A DNA stretch of 64,000 bases from Armatimonadota bacterium (GTDB taxonomy: Bacteria; Armatimonadota; SYMT01): NCBI GenBank assembly GCA_046292385.1, contig JBKBRF010000009.1, forward strand, positions 1 through 64,000. The letters run 5' to 3'. Position 1 is the first letter of the stretch, and each line of letters opens with the position of its first letter. Made by a program: the position numbers and the translations under genes. The notes under the pieces were generated by a model, which made no database searches, was not told the DNA's origin, and saw nothing but the letters and a program-made list of their open reading frames with translations. This document shows, piece after piece, positions 40,104-50,555 of the stretch.

Positions 40104-43100
40104 ATGGCTGACGTTAGCAGCTTCGATACTATCAGGATCGGGATCGCCTCTCCGGACGAGGTGCGGGATTGGTCGTACGGCGAGGTGAAGAAGCCCGAGA
40201 CGATCAACTACCGGACCTTCAAGCCGGAGCGCGACGGCCTGTTCTGCGAGCGCATCTTTGGCCCCGTGAAGGACTGGGAGTGCCACTGCGGGCGCTACAA
40301 GAAGGTCAAGTTCAAGGGCATCATCTGCGACCGCTGCGGCGTGGAAGTGACCCGCAGCAAGGTCCGCCGCGAGCGCATGGGCCACATCGAGCTCGCCGCT
40401 CCGGTCTGCCACATCTGGTACCTCAAGAGCGTGCCGAGCCCGCTCTCCCTGCTGCTGGACATCAGCCCGCGGCCGCTGGAGAAGGTGCTCTACTTCGCGA
40501 GCTACGTGATCACTCACGTCGACCGCCGCAAGATCAACGAGAACCTGGAAGCCGCCCGCGAGGCGGTGGAGCGGGAGATCGAGACGATCGAGCGGGAGAC
40601 GCAGGAGTACGTGGCGGGGCTCGACGATGAGTACGCCCAGCGCCTGGAGGAGGAGATCGAGGCGTTCCAGAACCCGATCGACCTCGACGAGGAGCTGGAG
40701 GACGAGGACGAAGAGCCGGCCGACGAGGAAGCGCGCCGCGAGCCCCCCACCCCGGAAGAGGTGGCGGCGGAGCGCCAGCGGCTCGCCACCAAGTTCGAGA
40801 CGGAGAAGCGCCAGGTCCGCGAGCGCGAAGACCGCAACCTGAAGGAGCGGATCCAGGAGATCAACGACGCCGTGAAGATGCTGGAGAGCGTCGAGCGGCA
40901 GCAGCTCATCCCGGAAGAGCAGTTCCGGAGCCTGGAGAAGCTGCTGGAGATCCTGGGGCGCCGCCTGGAGAAGGACACCAACGAGTGGGTCCGCGCCGGC
41001 CTCGGCGCGGCGGCGATCAAGTCGCTGCTGGAGGAGATCGACCTGGAGAAGCTCGCCCGCGAGCTGCGCCAGGAGATCGCCCAGACGCAGGGGCCGCGCC
41101 GTCTGCGCGCCATCAAGCGCCTGGAGATCACCGAGGCGTTCATCAAGAGCAAGGCCCGTCCGGAGTGGATGGTGCTCGACGTGGTGCCGGTCATCCCGCC
41201 GGAGCTTCGCCCGATGGTGCAGCTCGACGGCGGCCGCTTCGCCACGTCCGACCTGAACGACCTCTACCGGCGCATCATCAACCGGAACAACCGGTTGAAG
41301 AAGATCGTGGAGATCCGCGCGCCTGAGAGCATCGTCAACCACGAGAAGCGGCTCCTGCAGGAGGCGGTCGACGCGCTGATCGACAACGGTCGACGCGCCC
41401 GGCCGGTGGTGGGCAGCAACAACCGCCCGCTCCGCTCCCTCTCCGACATGCTGAAGGGCAAGGAAGGCCGGTTCCGGAAGAACCTGCTCGGAAAGCGCGT
41501 CGACTACTCCGGCCGCTCCGTGATCGTGGTCGGTCCGCACCTCAAGCTCCACCAGTGCGGCCTGCCGCGCGAGATGGCGCTGGAGCTCTTCAAGCCGTTC
41601 GTGATGAAGACGCTGGTCGAGACGCAGGTCACCAGCAACATCAAGACGGCGAAGCGGATGATCGACCGCATGAACCCGCTGGTGTGGGATGCGCTGGAGC
41701 GCGTGATCGCGGAGCACCCGGTGCTCCTGAACCGCGCCCCCACCCTCCACCGCCTCGGGATCCAGGCGTTCGAGCCGGTGCTGGTAGACGGCAAGGCGAT
41801 CCAGGTCCACCCGCTCGTCTGCACCGCGTTCAACGCGGACTTCGACGGGGACCAGATGGCAGTCCACGTGCCGCTCTCCGAGACGGCGCAGGCCGAAGCG
41901 CGGATCCTGATGCTCTCCACGCAGAACCTGTTCTCGCCGGCGAGCGGCGGCCCGATCGTCGCGCCGCAGCAGGATATCGTGCTGGGCGTCTACTTCCTCT
42001 CGCAGGAGAAGGAAGACGCGCCGGGCGCGGGCGCGACTTTCGGCAACCCGGATGAAGTGATCCAGGCACACACCGCGGGACGCGTGGGGCTCCTCGCGCC
42101 GATCAAGGTGCGGGTCAACTTCACCGACGAAGACGGGGAGCAGTTCCCGCGGATCGTGGACACCACCGTCGGCCGCGTCTACCTGAACCAGATCCTGCCG
42201 CCGCGGATGCAGTGGCGCCCCGAGTACACCTCCAAGGTGATGGTGAAGGGCGACGTCTCCGCGATGATCTCCGACTGCCACACCAAGTACGGCGCGCAGC
42301 GGACGATCGAGCTGCTGGACGACGTGAAGGCGCTCGGCTACCGGATGTCCTCCCTCTCCGGCGTCACCGTCTCGATGACCGACATGGCGGTCCCGAGCCG
42401 GCGCAACGAGATCATCGCGAACGCGGAGAAGGAAGTAAACCAGGCGAACGCCCACTTCCGGCGCGGTCTCCTGACGGCGGAAGAGCGGCGCCAGCGGGTG
42501 CTCAACACCTGGACCACGGCGGCGATCCAGACCGGCGACGCGATCATGGAAGGCATCGAGCGGTTCAACCCGATCTTCATCATCACGAACTCGGGTGCTC
42601 GCGGCTCCAAGCGCCAGATCACGCAGCTCTCCGGTATGCGCGGCCTTATGTCCGACCCGTTCGGCCGCCTCATCGAGGACCTGCCGATCAAGTCGAACTT
42701 CCACGAAGGCCTCTCCGTGCTGGAGTTCTTCGTCTCCACGCACGGCGCCCGGAAGGGTCTGGCGGATACCGCGCTGCGGACCGCGGACGCGGGCTACCTC
42801 ACCCGCCGCCTGGTCGACGTGGCGCAGGACGTGATCGTGCGCGACATCGACTGCGGCACCACCAACGGCATCTACGTGGGTGAGATCCGGGACGGCAAGG
42901 AGCTGGTCGAGCGCCTCTCGGAGCGCGTCCGCGGCCGCTACGCCCTCGAGGAGATCGTCGACGCCGAGACCGGCGAAGTGCTGGCCGAGGTGAACGAGGA
43001 GATCTCCGACGGCGCGGCGGACCGGATCGAGAAGGCGGGGATCAAGACCGTCGGCATCCGCTCGCCGCTCACCTGCGAGCTGCGGCAGGGGATCTGCGCC

Positions 43101-44492
43101 AAGTGCTACGGGCGCGACCTGGCCCGCGGCGCGCTGGTGGAGGTCGGCACCGCGGTCGGTATCATCGCCGCGCAGTCGATCGGTGAGCCGGGAACGCAGC
43201 TCACGATGCGGACCTTCCACACAGGTGGCGTCGCCGGCGAGTACCTCACCGGCGTCGCCGAAGTGAAGAAGAAGAAGCAGGAGACGCTGGCGCTGATCCA
43301 CGACGACGTCGATAAGGGCATCGTCGAGTTCGGAGAAGAGACCAGCGAGCGGGAGCGCGTGAAGGCGATCCAGGCGGTGCTGAAGGTGCTGGAAGAGCAG
43401 GTCCGCGGCCTCCTGCGGGTCACGGAGCTGTTCGAGGCGCGTAAGCCGAAGGGCCAGGCGATCGTCTCCGAGGTGGACGGCACCGTGGCGGAGATCAACC
43501 GCAAGGGCCTGCGCCAGGTGATCATCCACACCGAGGAGAGCATCGAGGAGCCGAGCCGGATCACCGGGGAAGTCTCCGCGGAAGATATCTACGTGCCGGA
43601 GACGGAGACGCAGATCGTCAAGGCGGGCGACCAGATCAACGACAAGATCTTCCGCCAGATCCGCGATGCCGGCTTCCTCACCGTGAAGCTCCGCAAGAGC
43701 TACATGGTGCCCTACCGCGGGAACCTGGAGGTCGACAAGGACGACGTGATCCGGGCGGGCGACCGCCTCACGGAAGGCCCGCTCGACCCGCACAAGGTGC
43801 TCGACCTGCAGGGCGTCCGCGGTGTCCAGGAGTACCTGGTGCGCGAGATCCAGGCGGTCTACAAGAACCAGGGCGTGGACATCAACGACAAGCACGTGGA
43901 GATCATCGTGCGGCAGATGCTGAAGAAGCGGAAGATCGTCCACCCGGGCGACACCCGCTTCCTGCCGGGCCAGGTGGTCGACCGCTTCGAGTTCGAGGAC
44001 GAAAACCAGCGCGTGACCAACGCCGAAGGCACCGCCGCGACCGCGGAGTGGATGCTGCTCGGGATTACGGAAGCGTCGCTGCAGACGGAGAGCTTCCTCT
44101 CCGCCGCCTCGTTCCAGAAGACGACCCGCGTGCTCACGGAGGCGGCGGTCCGCGGCAAACGCGACCACCTGCAGGGGCTGAAGGAGAACGTCATCATCGG
44201 ACGGCTCATCCCGGCCGGTACCGGCCTGCCGCGCTACCGCAACCTCGACGTGGCGGTGCAGGGCGAGGACGGCAGCTGGGAAGCGGTGAAGTCGCTGCCG
44301 CGGGCGCTCTCGTTCCACGGCGGCGACGACCGGGACGCGCTGAACGCGGCGGACATCGCCGACCTGGCGCGGGCGGAGACAACCCTCACCGCGGCGGAAG
44401 ACGGCGAGAGCCGCGGCCGGACCGAGGGCGGCGAAGACCCGCTCTCCGCGATGGGCTTCAGCATCGAGTCCGGCGACGACAGCGACGAGTAA
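40104..44492 (+). CDS. rpoC: DNA-directed RNA polymerase subunit beta'
   Basis: [14 protein letters not shown]-terminal Zn finger, [39 protein letters not shown] and GLKENVIIG. Confidence 0.99.
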   Translation: MADVSSFDTIRIGIASPDEVRDWSYGEVKKPETINYRTFKPERDGLFCERIFGPVKDWECHCGRYKKVKFKGIICDRCGVEVTRSKVRRERMGHIELAAPVCHIWYLKSVPSPLSLLLDISPRPLEKVLYFASYVITHVDRRKINENLEAAREAVEREIETIERETQEYVAGLDDEYAQRLEEEIEAFQNPIDLDEELEDEDEEPADEEARREPPTPEEVAAERQRLATKFETEKRQVREREDRNLKERIQEINDAVKMLESVERQQLIPEEQFRSLEKLLEILGRRLEKDTNEWVRAGLGAAAIKSLLEEIDLEKLARELRQEIAQTQGPRRLRAIKRLEITEAFIKSKARPEWMVLDVVPVIPPELRPMVQLDGGRFATSDLNDLYRRIINRNNRLKKIVEIRAPESIVNHEKRLLQEAVDALIDNGRRARPVVGSNNRPLRSLSDMLKGKEGRFRKNLLGKRVDYSGRSVIVVGPHLKLHQCGLPREMALELFKPFVMKTLVETQVTSNIKTAKRMIDRMNPLVWDALERVIAEHPVLLNRAPTLHRLGIQAFEPVLVDGKAIQVHPLVCTAFNADFDGDQMAVHVPLSETAQAEARILMLSTQNLFSPASGGPIVAPQQDIVLGVYFLSQEKEDAPGAGATFGNPDEVIQAHTAGRVGLLAPIKVRVNFTDEDGEQFPRIVDTTVGRVYLNQILPPRMQWRPEYTSKVMVKGDVSAMISDCHTKYGAQRTIELLDDVKALGYRMSSLSGVTVSMTDMAVPSRRNEIIANAEKEVNQANAHFRRGLLTAEERRQRVLNTWTTAAIQTGDAIMEGIERFNPIFIITNSGARGSKRQITQLSGMRGLMSDPFGRLIEDLPIKSNFHEGLSVLEFFVSTHGARKGLADTALRTADAGYLTRRLVDVAQDVIVRDIDCGTTNGIYVGEIRDGKELVERLSERVRGRYALEEIVDAETGEVLAEVNEEISDGAADRIEKAGIKTVGIRSPLTCELRQGICAKCYGRDLARGALVEVGTAVGIIAAQSIGEPGTQLTMRTFHTGGVAGEYLTGVAEVKKKKQETLALIHDDVDKGIVEFGEETSERERVKAIQAVLKVLEEQVRGLLRVTELFEARKPKGQAIVSEVDGTVAEINRKGLRQVIIHTEESIEEPSRITGEVSAEDIYVPETETQIVKAGDQINDKIFRQIRDAGFLTVKLRKSYMVPYRGNLEVDKDDVIRAGDRLTEGPLDPHKVLDLQGVRGVQEYLVREIQAVYKNQGVDINDKHVEIIVRQMLKKRKIVHPGDTRFLPGQVVDRFEFEDENQRVTNAEGTAATAEWMLLGITEASLQTESFLSAASFQKTTRVLTEAAVRGKRDHLQGLKENVIIGRLIPAGTGLPRYRNLDVAVQGEDGSWEAVKSLPRALSFHGGDDRDALNAADIADLARAETTLTAAEDGESRGRTEGGEDPLSAMGFSIESGDDSDE

Positions 44493-44520
44493 CCCCGAGT
44501 CCCAACTCGGTTGGTGATCA

Positions 44521-44552
44521 GGAGGGCCGGCAGCAAACGCTGCCGGCCCTCC
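44521..44552 (+). terminator. Hairpin after rpoC
   Basis: 14-bp perfect stem GGAGGGCCGGCAGC-AAAC-GCTGCCGGCCCTCC; no clear U-tract. Confidence 0.65.
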
Positions 44553-44871
44553 GTCCGTCTGCCTTTGCCGGTCCCTCTCCTGCTCCGAGCCGCTGCACGC
44601 TGTCGTTAGGGTGCGGCACCTGAAGGAGTGGACTCACCGGCACGGGCGCTTTACAGAGCCGGCGGATCGCTCCGAGTACGTCGCCGGCCGTCAGAATGGG
44701 CCGCGGCGACGTTATAACAGGAGTAGCAAGTGCCGGAGTGCGCTAGAATCAGTTCCGGCGCAATCACCACTACTGCCTCGGAGCGCTCGCCTGGAGGGGT
44801 ATCGTGCGCGGACGCAGAAGCTTCCGGTAGCAGCAGTCACGGATCCAATCGCGCTCTCCTCCCCGACCCCG

Positions 44872-45495
44872 ATGAAGATCCTTATTGCCGAAGATGATCC
44901 GATCTCCCGCCGCGTGCTGGAAGCCAGCCTGCGGCGCTGGGGGCACGAGGTCGTAGCCTGCGCGGACGGAACGCACGCGCACGCCGCCCTGACCACGGCG
45001 GACCCACCCCAGCTCGCCGTCCTCGACTGGATGATGCCGGGTATGGACGGCCCGGAGATCTGCCGCCGCGTCCGGGGCGGCAGCGGCCAGGACGGTCTCT
45101 ACATCATCCTGCTGACGGCGCGAGGGGAGAAGTCGGACATCGTGGAAGGCCTCGAGTCCGGCGCGAACGACTACCTCACCAAGCCGTTCGACCGCGAAGA
45201 GCTGCGCGCGCGGGTCGCCGTCGGCGTGCGCGTGGTCGAGCTCCAGCAGAGCCTCGCCGAACGAGTGCGAGAGCTGGAACTGGCGCTGGCGCATGTCAAG
45301 CAGCTCCAGGGGATCCTCCCGATCTGCTGCTACTGCAAGAAGATCCGGGACGACAGCAACTACTGGCAGCAGGTGGAAGCCTACATCGCGGCCCACTCCG
45401 GCGCGCGCTTCTCCCACGGTGTCTGCCCGGATTGCTACGAGACGGTGCTCAAGCCTGCGCTGCAGACCATGGACCGTGCTGAAGCCGAGAAGTAG
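44872..45495 (+). CDS. Response regulator (REC domain plus C-terminal Cys-rich domain)
   Basis: MKILIAEDD, LDWMMPGMDG, LLTA and YLTKPF, then LPICCYCKKIRDD...FSHGVCPDC. Confidence 0.9.
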   Translation: MKILIAEDDPISRRVLEASLRRWGHEVVACADGTHAHAALTTADPPQLAVLDWMMPGMDGPEICRRVRGGSGQDGLYIILLTARGEKSDIVEGLESGANDYLTKPFDREELRARVAVGVRVVELQQSLAERVRELELALAHVKQLQGILPICCYCKKIRDDSNYWQQVEAYIAAHSGARFSHGVCPDCYETVLKPALQTMDRAEAEK

Positions 45496-45585
45496 CCGCT
45501 TCCGATCCGCTCCGTGCCGCTGAGGTGCGCCGCTCCTGCTGCCGACTATCCTCGCGATGAGCCGCAGGGGCGCGCGGAGGACCGG

Positions 45586-45948
45586 ATGCCGGTAGACTAT
45601 CAACTCCTGGCCTGGGGCGGCGAGTGGGTCGCGATCCGTCCCGCCAGCGGACAGGTCTTCCTGCTCGCCTCCGTCTCCTCGGAAACCTGCCCCGTCTGCC
45701 ACTACGGGCTTCGGCTCCAGACCGTCTGGCTCGCCACTCCGGGCGAGGTGAGCCGGCTCTCCTGGTGCCAGAGCTGCTTCAACGCGGACTGGGACTCGCA
45801 GGAAGGCGTGCCCCTCCACGCGGAAACGCAGGCGGCCCTCCGGCAGGCCGTCTGCGGCGCTACGTTCTGGCCCGGTGCCCGGCCCGCGGTAGAGCATCTA
45901 CTGCAGACCGGGCTGGTACCACCCCCACGCGCCGATAGCGGCAGCTAA
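45586..45948 (+). CDS. Hypothetical protein with CxxC-x22-CxxC
   Basis: GGAGG RBS before ATG 45586; CPVC and CQSC pairs. Confidence 0.65.
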   Translation: MPVDYQLLAWGGEWVAIRPASGQVFLLASVSSETCPVCHYGLRLQTVWLATPGEVSRLSWCQSCFNADWDSQEGVPLHAETQAALRQAVCGATFWPGARPAVEHLLQTGLVPPPRADSGS

Positions 45949-46013
45949 GGGCAGCTAAGGGGCGCTGTGGTATCCTTTCTGGCGGACCTCTCTGTCCCCT
46001 TTGGAAGGAGCCC

Positions 46014-48176
46014 ATGTCCGTTTCTCAGTCCTCCCCTCAAACCGCCGGCTCGGTCCTCGAGATCCTGCTCGCCCCGGACCGCCAGGCGGACGTACCGGTC
46101 GACGAGGCGTTCGCGGCGGAGCACCGCCGGAATATCGACTGGCTGCTCGACCGGCTCGCGAAGTCGACCGCCGGAGTCCGCGGCCTGATTGCGGACACGC
46201 CCCGGCTCACCAGCCTCTCCCTGGCGCGCGCGGAAGAGACGCCGCAGCTCAGTCCTACCATCGTCGCCCTGATCGCGCAGGCCTACGCCGGTTACCTGAG
46301 GGAGTCAGCCGGCGGCGGCGCCGCCGCCTTCGTGGGGTATGATGCCCGCTTCCTCTCCCGGGAGTTCGGGGAGATCTTCACGCGCGTCTTCGCCGGCAAC
46401 GGCATCCGCGTGGTGCGGGACCGGAACGGAGAGGCGACTCCGACCCCCGTCACCTCGTTCATGTCGGTCCACCAGGGGCTGAACGGCGGCATCCAGATCA
46501 CCGCCAGCCACAACCCACCTAACCACAACGGCGTGAAGTCGAGCACCTCCTACGGCGGGGTGGATACCGACGACGTTTCGGACCGCATCGCCGCGCACGT
46601 GCGGCGACTGGTGGAAGAAGACTCGGTAATCCGCTTCGCGCCTCGCAGCTCCCCACTGGTGGAGGAGGTCGACGCCAAGGGGATTTACGCGCGGGAGTAC
46701 CTGCGCCCCACCTTCCCCGCGGAGCAGCTCGAGCCGCTGCGGAAAGCGATCGAGTCGGGGGCGGGCTTTCTCTTCGACGGCCTCCACGGCGTCGGCGGCT
46801 CGGCCATGCGCCGCTATCTGGAGCTCCTGCTGCCGCAGACCGACTGGCGGAAGTCGATCCACCTCCTGAATGCCGAGCCGGACTCCAGCATCGGCGGCAT
46901 TGAGAAGCCGGATCCGTCCGATCCGAACACGCTCGTCCTCTCCGGGGCGATCTCCTACCTCACGCAGCATCCCGGGGTCCTCGTCTCCGTCACCGCCGAC
47001 ATGGATGCGGACCGCATCGGTACCGCGGTGCTGATCCCCGCGTCCGAGGTGGAGCGAGCGCGGCGGTTCGGCCTCTTCGTGAGCGGCTTCGAGGGGGGAG
47101 TCCACGCGGTTCGCTTCACGCCGAACCAGATCTTCACCCTGATCGCCTACGACCGTCTCCTCGCCGCCACCGGCTGCGACGCCGCGGGGCTGCGGGAGGC
47201 GGTGCGGTGCGGGCGGATCGACGGGTCGAGGTACCACCTCCTCACCACGATCGCCAGCAGCGTCCTGGCGGAGCAGCTGGCGCGCACGTTCGGGCTCAAC
47301 TTCCATCTCACGGCGGTCGGCTTCAAGAATCTCGGCAAGCTGGCCCGGGAGATCGACGCCTCTGCCAGCTCGGGCGCGGACCGGGACGTGATCCTGGCGC
47401 TGATGGAAGAGAGCGGCGGCGCGCAGGTCGGCCCGTTCCGACCCTGGAACGACCGCGGCGACACGATCCACCGGGACAAGGACACCTGCGCCCTGGCGCT
47501 GGCGCTCTTCAACCTGGCGTCGCGGATGCACCTGCAGGGCCGCACGGTGCTCGACTTCTACCTGGAGATGGCGGAGCAGTTCGGCTCCCTCGCCTACTTC
47601 GAGCGGCTCGACGCGTACCTGCCGAGCCGGGAGGTCGCCGAAGATCCGCAGCGGGGGGAGGAGGCGAACCAGGTGAAGGCGGAGATGCTGGAGCGGCTGG
47701 TGGCGCTGGCGGAGCCGGGCAACTCGATCCAGCTCCTGCGGCTGCTCGGATACGAGCCGTCCGACGTAGCCGGCACCGAGAGCCGCGCGCTCGACGCGAT
47801 CTCCCTCCTCGTGAAGCTCGGCGGCGAATGGATGACGATCCACCCGAAGGCCACCCTGCACCGGATGCACAACGGCGAGACGGTGGAGCTCTACCGCGCC
47901 GGCCCGTTCCCGCACGATGGGATGCGGATCAGCGTGTACGACGCCGAAGGCAGGGTGCGGCACTGGTGCCTGGTGCGCGCGAGCGGCACGGAGGCGGTCG
48001 TGCGCGCCTACATGGAAGTGGTGGAGCCGTTCGACAACCCGAACCCGATGCGCCTCGCCACCCAGTTCGAGCCGCTCCTACGCCACCTCGGCCTCGACCG
48101 CTACTCCATAGAGCCGGGCAAGCCGGACTACGTGGAGGAGTTCCGGGAGACGGTGCGCGCCAAGTACGGGGGCTGA
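46014..48176 (+). CDS. Alpha-D-phosphohexomutase (PGM/PMM family), divergent
   Basis: VGYDAR, ITASHNP, DMDADR, TAVGFK, EESGG and RASGTE motifs. Confidence 0.88.
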   Translation: MSVSQSSPQTAGSVLEILLAPDRQADVPVDEAFAAEHRRNIDWLLDRLAKSTAGVRGLIADTPRLTSLSLARAEETPQLSPTIVALIAQAYAGYLRESAGGGAAAFVGYDARFLSREFGEIFTRVFAGNGIRVVRDRNGEATPTPVTSFMSVHQGLNGGIQITASHNPPNHNGVKSSTSYGGVDTDDVSDRIAAHVRRLVEEDSVIRFAPRSSPLVEEVDAKGIYAREYLRPTFPAEQLEPLRKAIESGAGFLFDGLHGVGGSAMRRYLELLLPQTDWRKSIHLLNAEPDSSIGGIEKPDPSDPNTLVLSGAISYLTQHPGVLVSVTADMDADRIGTAVLIPASEVERARRFGLFVSGFEGGVHAVRFTPNQIFTLIAYDRLLAATGCDAAGLREAVRCGRIDGSRYHLLTTIASSVLAEQLARTFGLNFHLTAVGFKNLGKLAREIDASASSGADRDVILALMEESGGAQVGPFRPWNDRGDTIHRDKDTCALALALFNLASRMHLQGRTVLDFYLEMAEQFGSLAYFERLDAYLPSREVAEDPQRGEEANQVKAEMLERLVALAEPGNSIQLLRLLGYEPSDVAGTESRALDAISLLVKLGGEWMTIHPKATLHRMHNGETVELYRAGPFPHDGMRISVYDAEGRVRHWCLVRASGTEAVVRAYMEVVEPFDNPNPMRLATQFEPLLRHLGLDRYSIEPGKPDYVEEFRETVRAKYGG

Positions 48177-48183
48177 TCGGACG

Positions 48184-48370
48184 TTTTCGACACAGAGGGA
48201 CACAGAAGAACCAACAGATGGAACACAGAGGGGCAACCTCCCCAGCCTAGTCGGCCTCGGGCGGCTTACTCACCTGACGCACGGGGGAGTTTCCAACTCC
48301 GGGGCTTATCCATTCCGGTGCTTCTCTGTGTCCGCTCTGTCGGTTCGTCTGTGTCCCTCTGTGTCGAAAA
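48184..48370. repeat. MITE-like fold-back element built from ACACAGAG units
   Basis: 23-bp perfect terminal inverted repeat (48184-48206/48348-48370) extending imperfectly to ~47 bp around a ~90-bp spacer, between convergent stops. Confidence 0.8.
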
Positions 48371-48379
48371 ACGGAACCC

Positions 48380-50464
48380 CTAGCCCCGGAACTCCGCCCG
48401 CACTTCCCGGGTCAGGCGCTCGCGGGCGTCGGCGATGCGGGCTTCCACTTCCGCGTCGGTGAGGGTGCGGTCTTCGGCGCCCATCTCCACCGCGTAGGCG
48501 AGGCTCACCTTCCCCTCCGGCAGGTTGGGACCGGCGTAGACGTCGAAGAGGCGCACGCGGCGGCCCACCTCGCCCAGGCTCTCCCAGAGCAGCTCTTCGA
48601 TGCGGCCGGAGGGCACGGAGGCGTCGACCACCACCGCCAGGTCGCGCAGCGCCCGGGGGAAGCGGCTCGGGGGCCGGAACTCCAGCGACCGCGACTGGTG
48701 CGCCAGCAAGGCCTCCCCGTCCAGCTCGAACGCGTAGAGGCCGCGGGGAAGGTCGAGCCGGGCGGAGACCTCCGGATGGAGCTCTCCGACGAGGCCGATC
48801 CGGTCCCGGCCGAGCGTCAGCCAGGCGGTGCGGCCGGGGTGGAACGCGGGAGCTTCGGCGGGCTCCGCCTGCAGCGGCGGCACGCCCAGCCCGGCGACCA
48901 GCGCCTCTACCGCCCCCTTCGCCTGGAAGAAGTCGGTCGCCAGCGCCTTGTCAGCGTTCCACGCGTCGCTCCAGCGGCTCCCGAGCATCACTCCCGCGAC
49001 CAGCAGGCGATCTTCCGGGAAGCCGTCCCCCACCTTGCGGTGGCCGTAGCCGGTCTCGAAGAGGAACGCGTCCTTTACGCCGTGGCGCAGGTTGTGCTGC
49101 ACCGCCAGGATCAAACCGGGAATCAGCGAGGGACGGAGCGTGTCGAATTCCTCGCTCAGCGGGTTCCTCAGCGACACCGGCCGTACCGGCCCCGCCTCCG
49201 TCGTGTTCCAGGCCGGCGAGGCCTCGAGCCGCGCTTCGCGCAGGAAGGTGGAGGCGACGAGCGTGCTGCTGACCGCCTCGTAGAGTCCCTGGCCGGTCAG
49301 GAGCTCTCGCGTCCGGCGGATCAGCTCTTCCTGGGCGCTCAGCCGGCCCGGAGCCGCGATGCCTCCCGGGAGCGTTTCCGGCAGCCGATCGTAGCCGTAG
49401 AGGCGCCCCACCTCCTCGATCAGGTCCTCCTCGATTGCCAGGTCGGGGCGGTTGGTCGGCACGGTGACCCGCCACTCGTCCGCACTCTCCCGCTCCACCT
49501 GGAAGCCGAGCTGGGCCAGGTACCGCTCCGCGTCGGCGTCGGAGACCTCCACCCCCAGCAGGTCGCGGGCACGCTGCGGCCGGAGCCGGATCGACCGGGG
49601 CTCAATCGGCGCGGGATAGAGATCGAAAAGGCTCTCGCTCACCGTGCCGCCGGAGAGCTCCGCGATGAGCTGCGCGGCGCGGTCGGCCGCGAAGACCACG
49701 CCGTTCGGGTCGACCCCGCGCTCGAAGCGGTAGGAGGCGGGGCTGGTGATGCCGGTCCGCTTGGCGGTGCGGCGGACGCTGGTCGGATCGAAGTAGGCAG
49801 ACTCGAGCAGGACGTCGGTCGTGGCGTCGGAGACCTCGCTCTCCAGCCCGCCCATCACGCCGGCGATGGCGACCGGCCGCTCGGCATCGCAGATCGCCAG
49901 CATGTTCGGGTCCATCTCCACCTCGGTGCCGTCGATCGCGATGATCCGCTCGCCGGGCCGGGCGCGTCGGACCACGATCGCGCGGCCCGCCAGCCGGTCG
50001 AGGTCGAAGGCATGGAGCGGCTGCCCCAGCTCGTACATCACGTAGTTGGTCACGTCGACCACGTTACTGATCGAGCGGAGACCCACCGCCTCCAGGCGGG
50101 CACGCAGCCAGTCCGGGGAGGGGCCGACGCGGACGCCGCGGATGAGCCGCGCGGCGTAGCGAGGGCAGAGGTCCGGCGCCTCTACCTCCACCCGCACGTC
50201 CTCCGCGGCCGGGCCCGCGGCCGCCAGGCGCGACTCCGGCAGATCCAGCTCGGCGCCGTAGAGCGCGGAAAGCTCCCGGGCCGCGCCGAGGTGCGAGAGC
50301 ATGTCCGCCCGGTTCGGCGTCAGCTTCAGATCGAGCACCGGCCCCGCCGCGGAGTCCCGGATCTGCTCGATCTCGTTCCCCGTGAGGGTCAGGCGCTCCG
50401 CCAGCTCCTCTGGGCTCTCTTCCACCCGCACGAAGTCCCGAATCCACTCCACGGAAAGCAGCAT
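48380..50464 (-). CDS. pheT: Phenylalanine--tRNA ligase beta subunit (no B2 OB-fold domain)
   Basis: LTPNRAD, VDVTNYV, GQPLHAFD, RFERGVD, EEDLIEEV, NPLSEE and C-terminal RDLAVVV/LFDVY anticodon-binding domain. Confidence 0.96.
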   Translation of the reverse strand: MLLSVEWIRDFVRVEESPEELAERLTLTGNEIEQIRDSAAGPVLDLKLTPNRADMLSHLGAARELSALYGAELDLPESRLAAAGPAAEDVRVEVEAPDLCPRYAARLIRGVRVGPSPDWLRARLEAVGLRSISNVVDVTNYVMYELGQPLHAFDLDRLAGRAIVVRRARPGERIIAIDGTEVEMDPNMLAICDAERPVAIAGVMGGLESEVSDATTDVLLESAYFDPTSVRRTAKRTGITSPASYRFERGVDPNGVVFAADRAAQLIAELSGGTVSESLFDLYPAPIEPRSIRLRPQRARDLLGVEVSDADAERYLAQLGFQVERESADEWRVTVPTNRPDLAIEEDLIEEVGRLYGYDRLPETLPGGIAAPGRLSAQEELIRRTRELLTGQGLYEAVSSTLVASTFLREARLEASPAWNTTEAGPVRPVSLRNPLSEEFDTLRPSLIPGLILAVQHNLRHGVKDAFLFETGYGHRKVGDGFPEDRLLVAGVMLGSRWSDAWNADKALATDFFQAKGAVEALVAGLGVPPLQAEPAEAPAFHPGRTAWLTLGRDRIGLVGELHPEVSARLDLPRGLYAFELDGEALLAHQSRSLEFRPPSRFPRALRDLAVVVDASVPSGRIEELLWESLGEVGRRVRLFDVYAGPNLPEGKVSLAYAVEMGAEDRTLTDAEVEARIADARERLTREVRAEFRG

Positions 50465-50555
50465 CGATCCACCCTTGTCGGTCGTACGATCAGGCCCGGA
50501 CCGCCACCGGCGATCGACGGGCGCTCGGCCCCGGTCACGGAAGACGCGGAGCCGG

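Noticed and set aside
35852..44318. Very long antisense ORFs (1391 aa and 1409 aa) opposite rpoB and rpoC
   Set aside because: Shadow frames caused by high-GC codon bias; no motifs and complete overlap with unambiguous genes. The same applies to 7786-10083, 10116-13094, 48698-50758, 53132-55096 and similar ORFs.
45688..45702. CPVCH as a heme c site
   Set aside because: The protein has no export signal and has a second CxxC; a zinc ribbon is more plausible.
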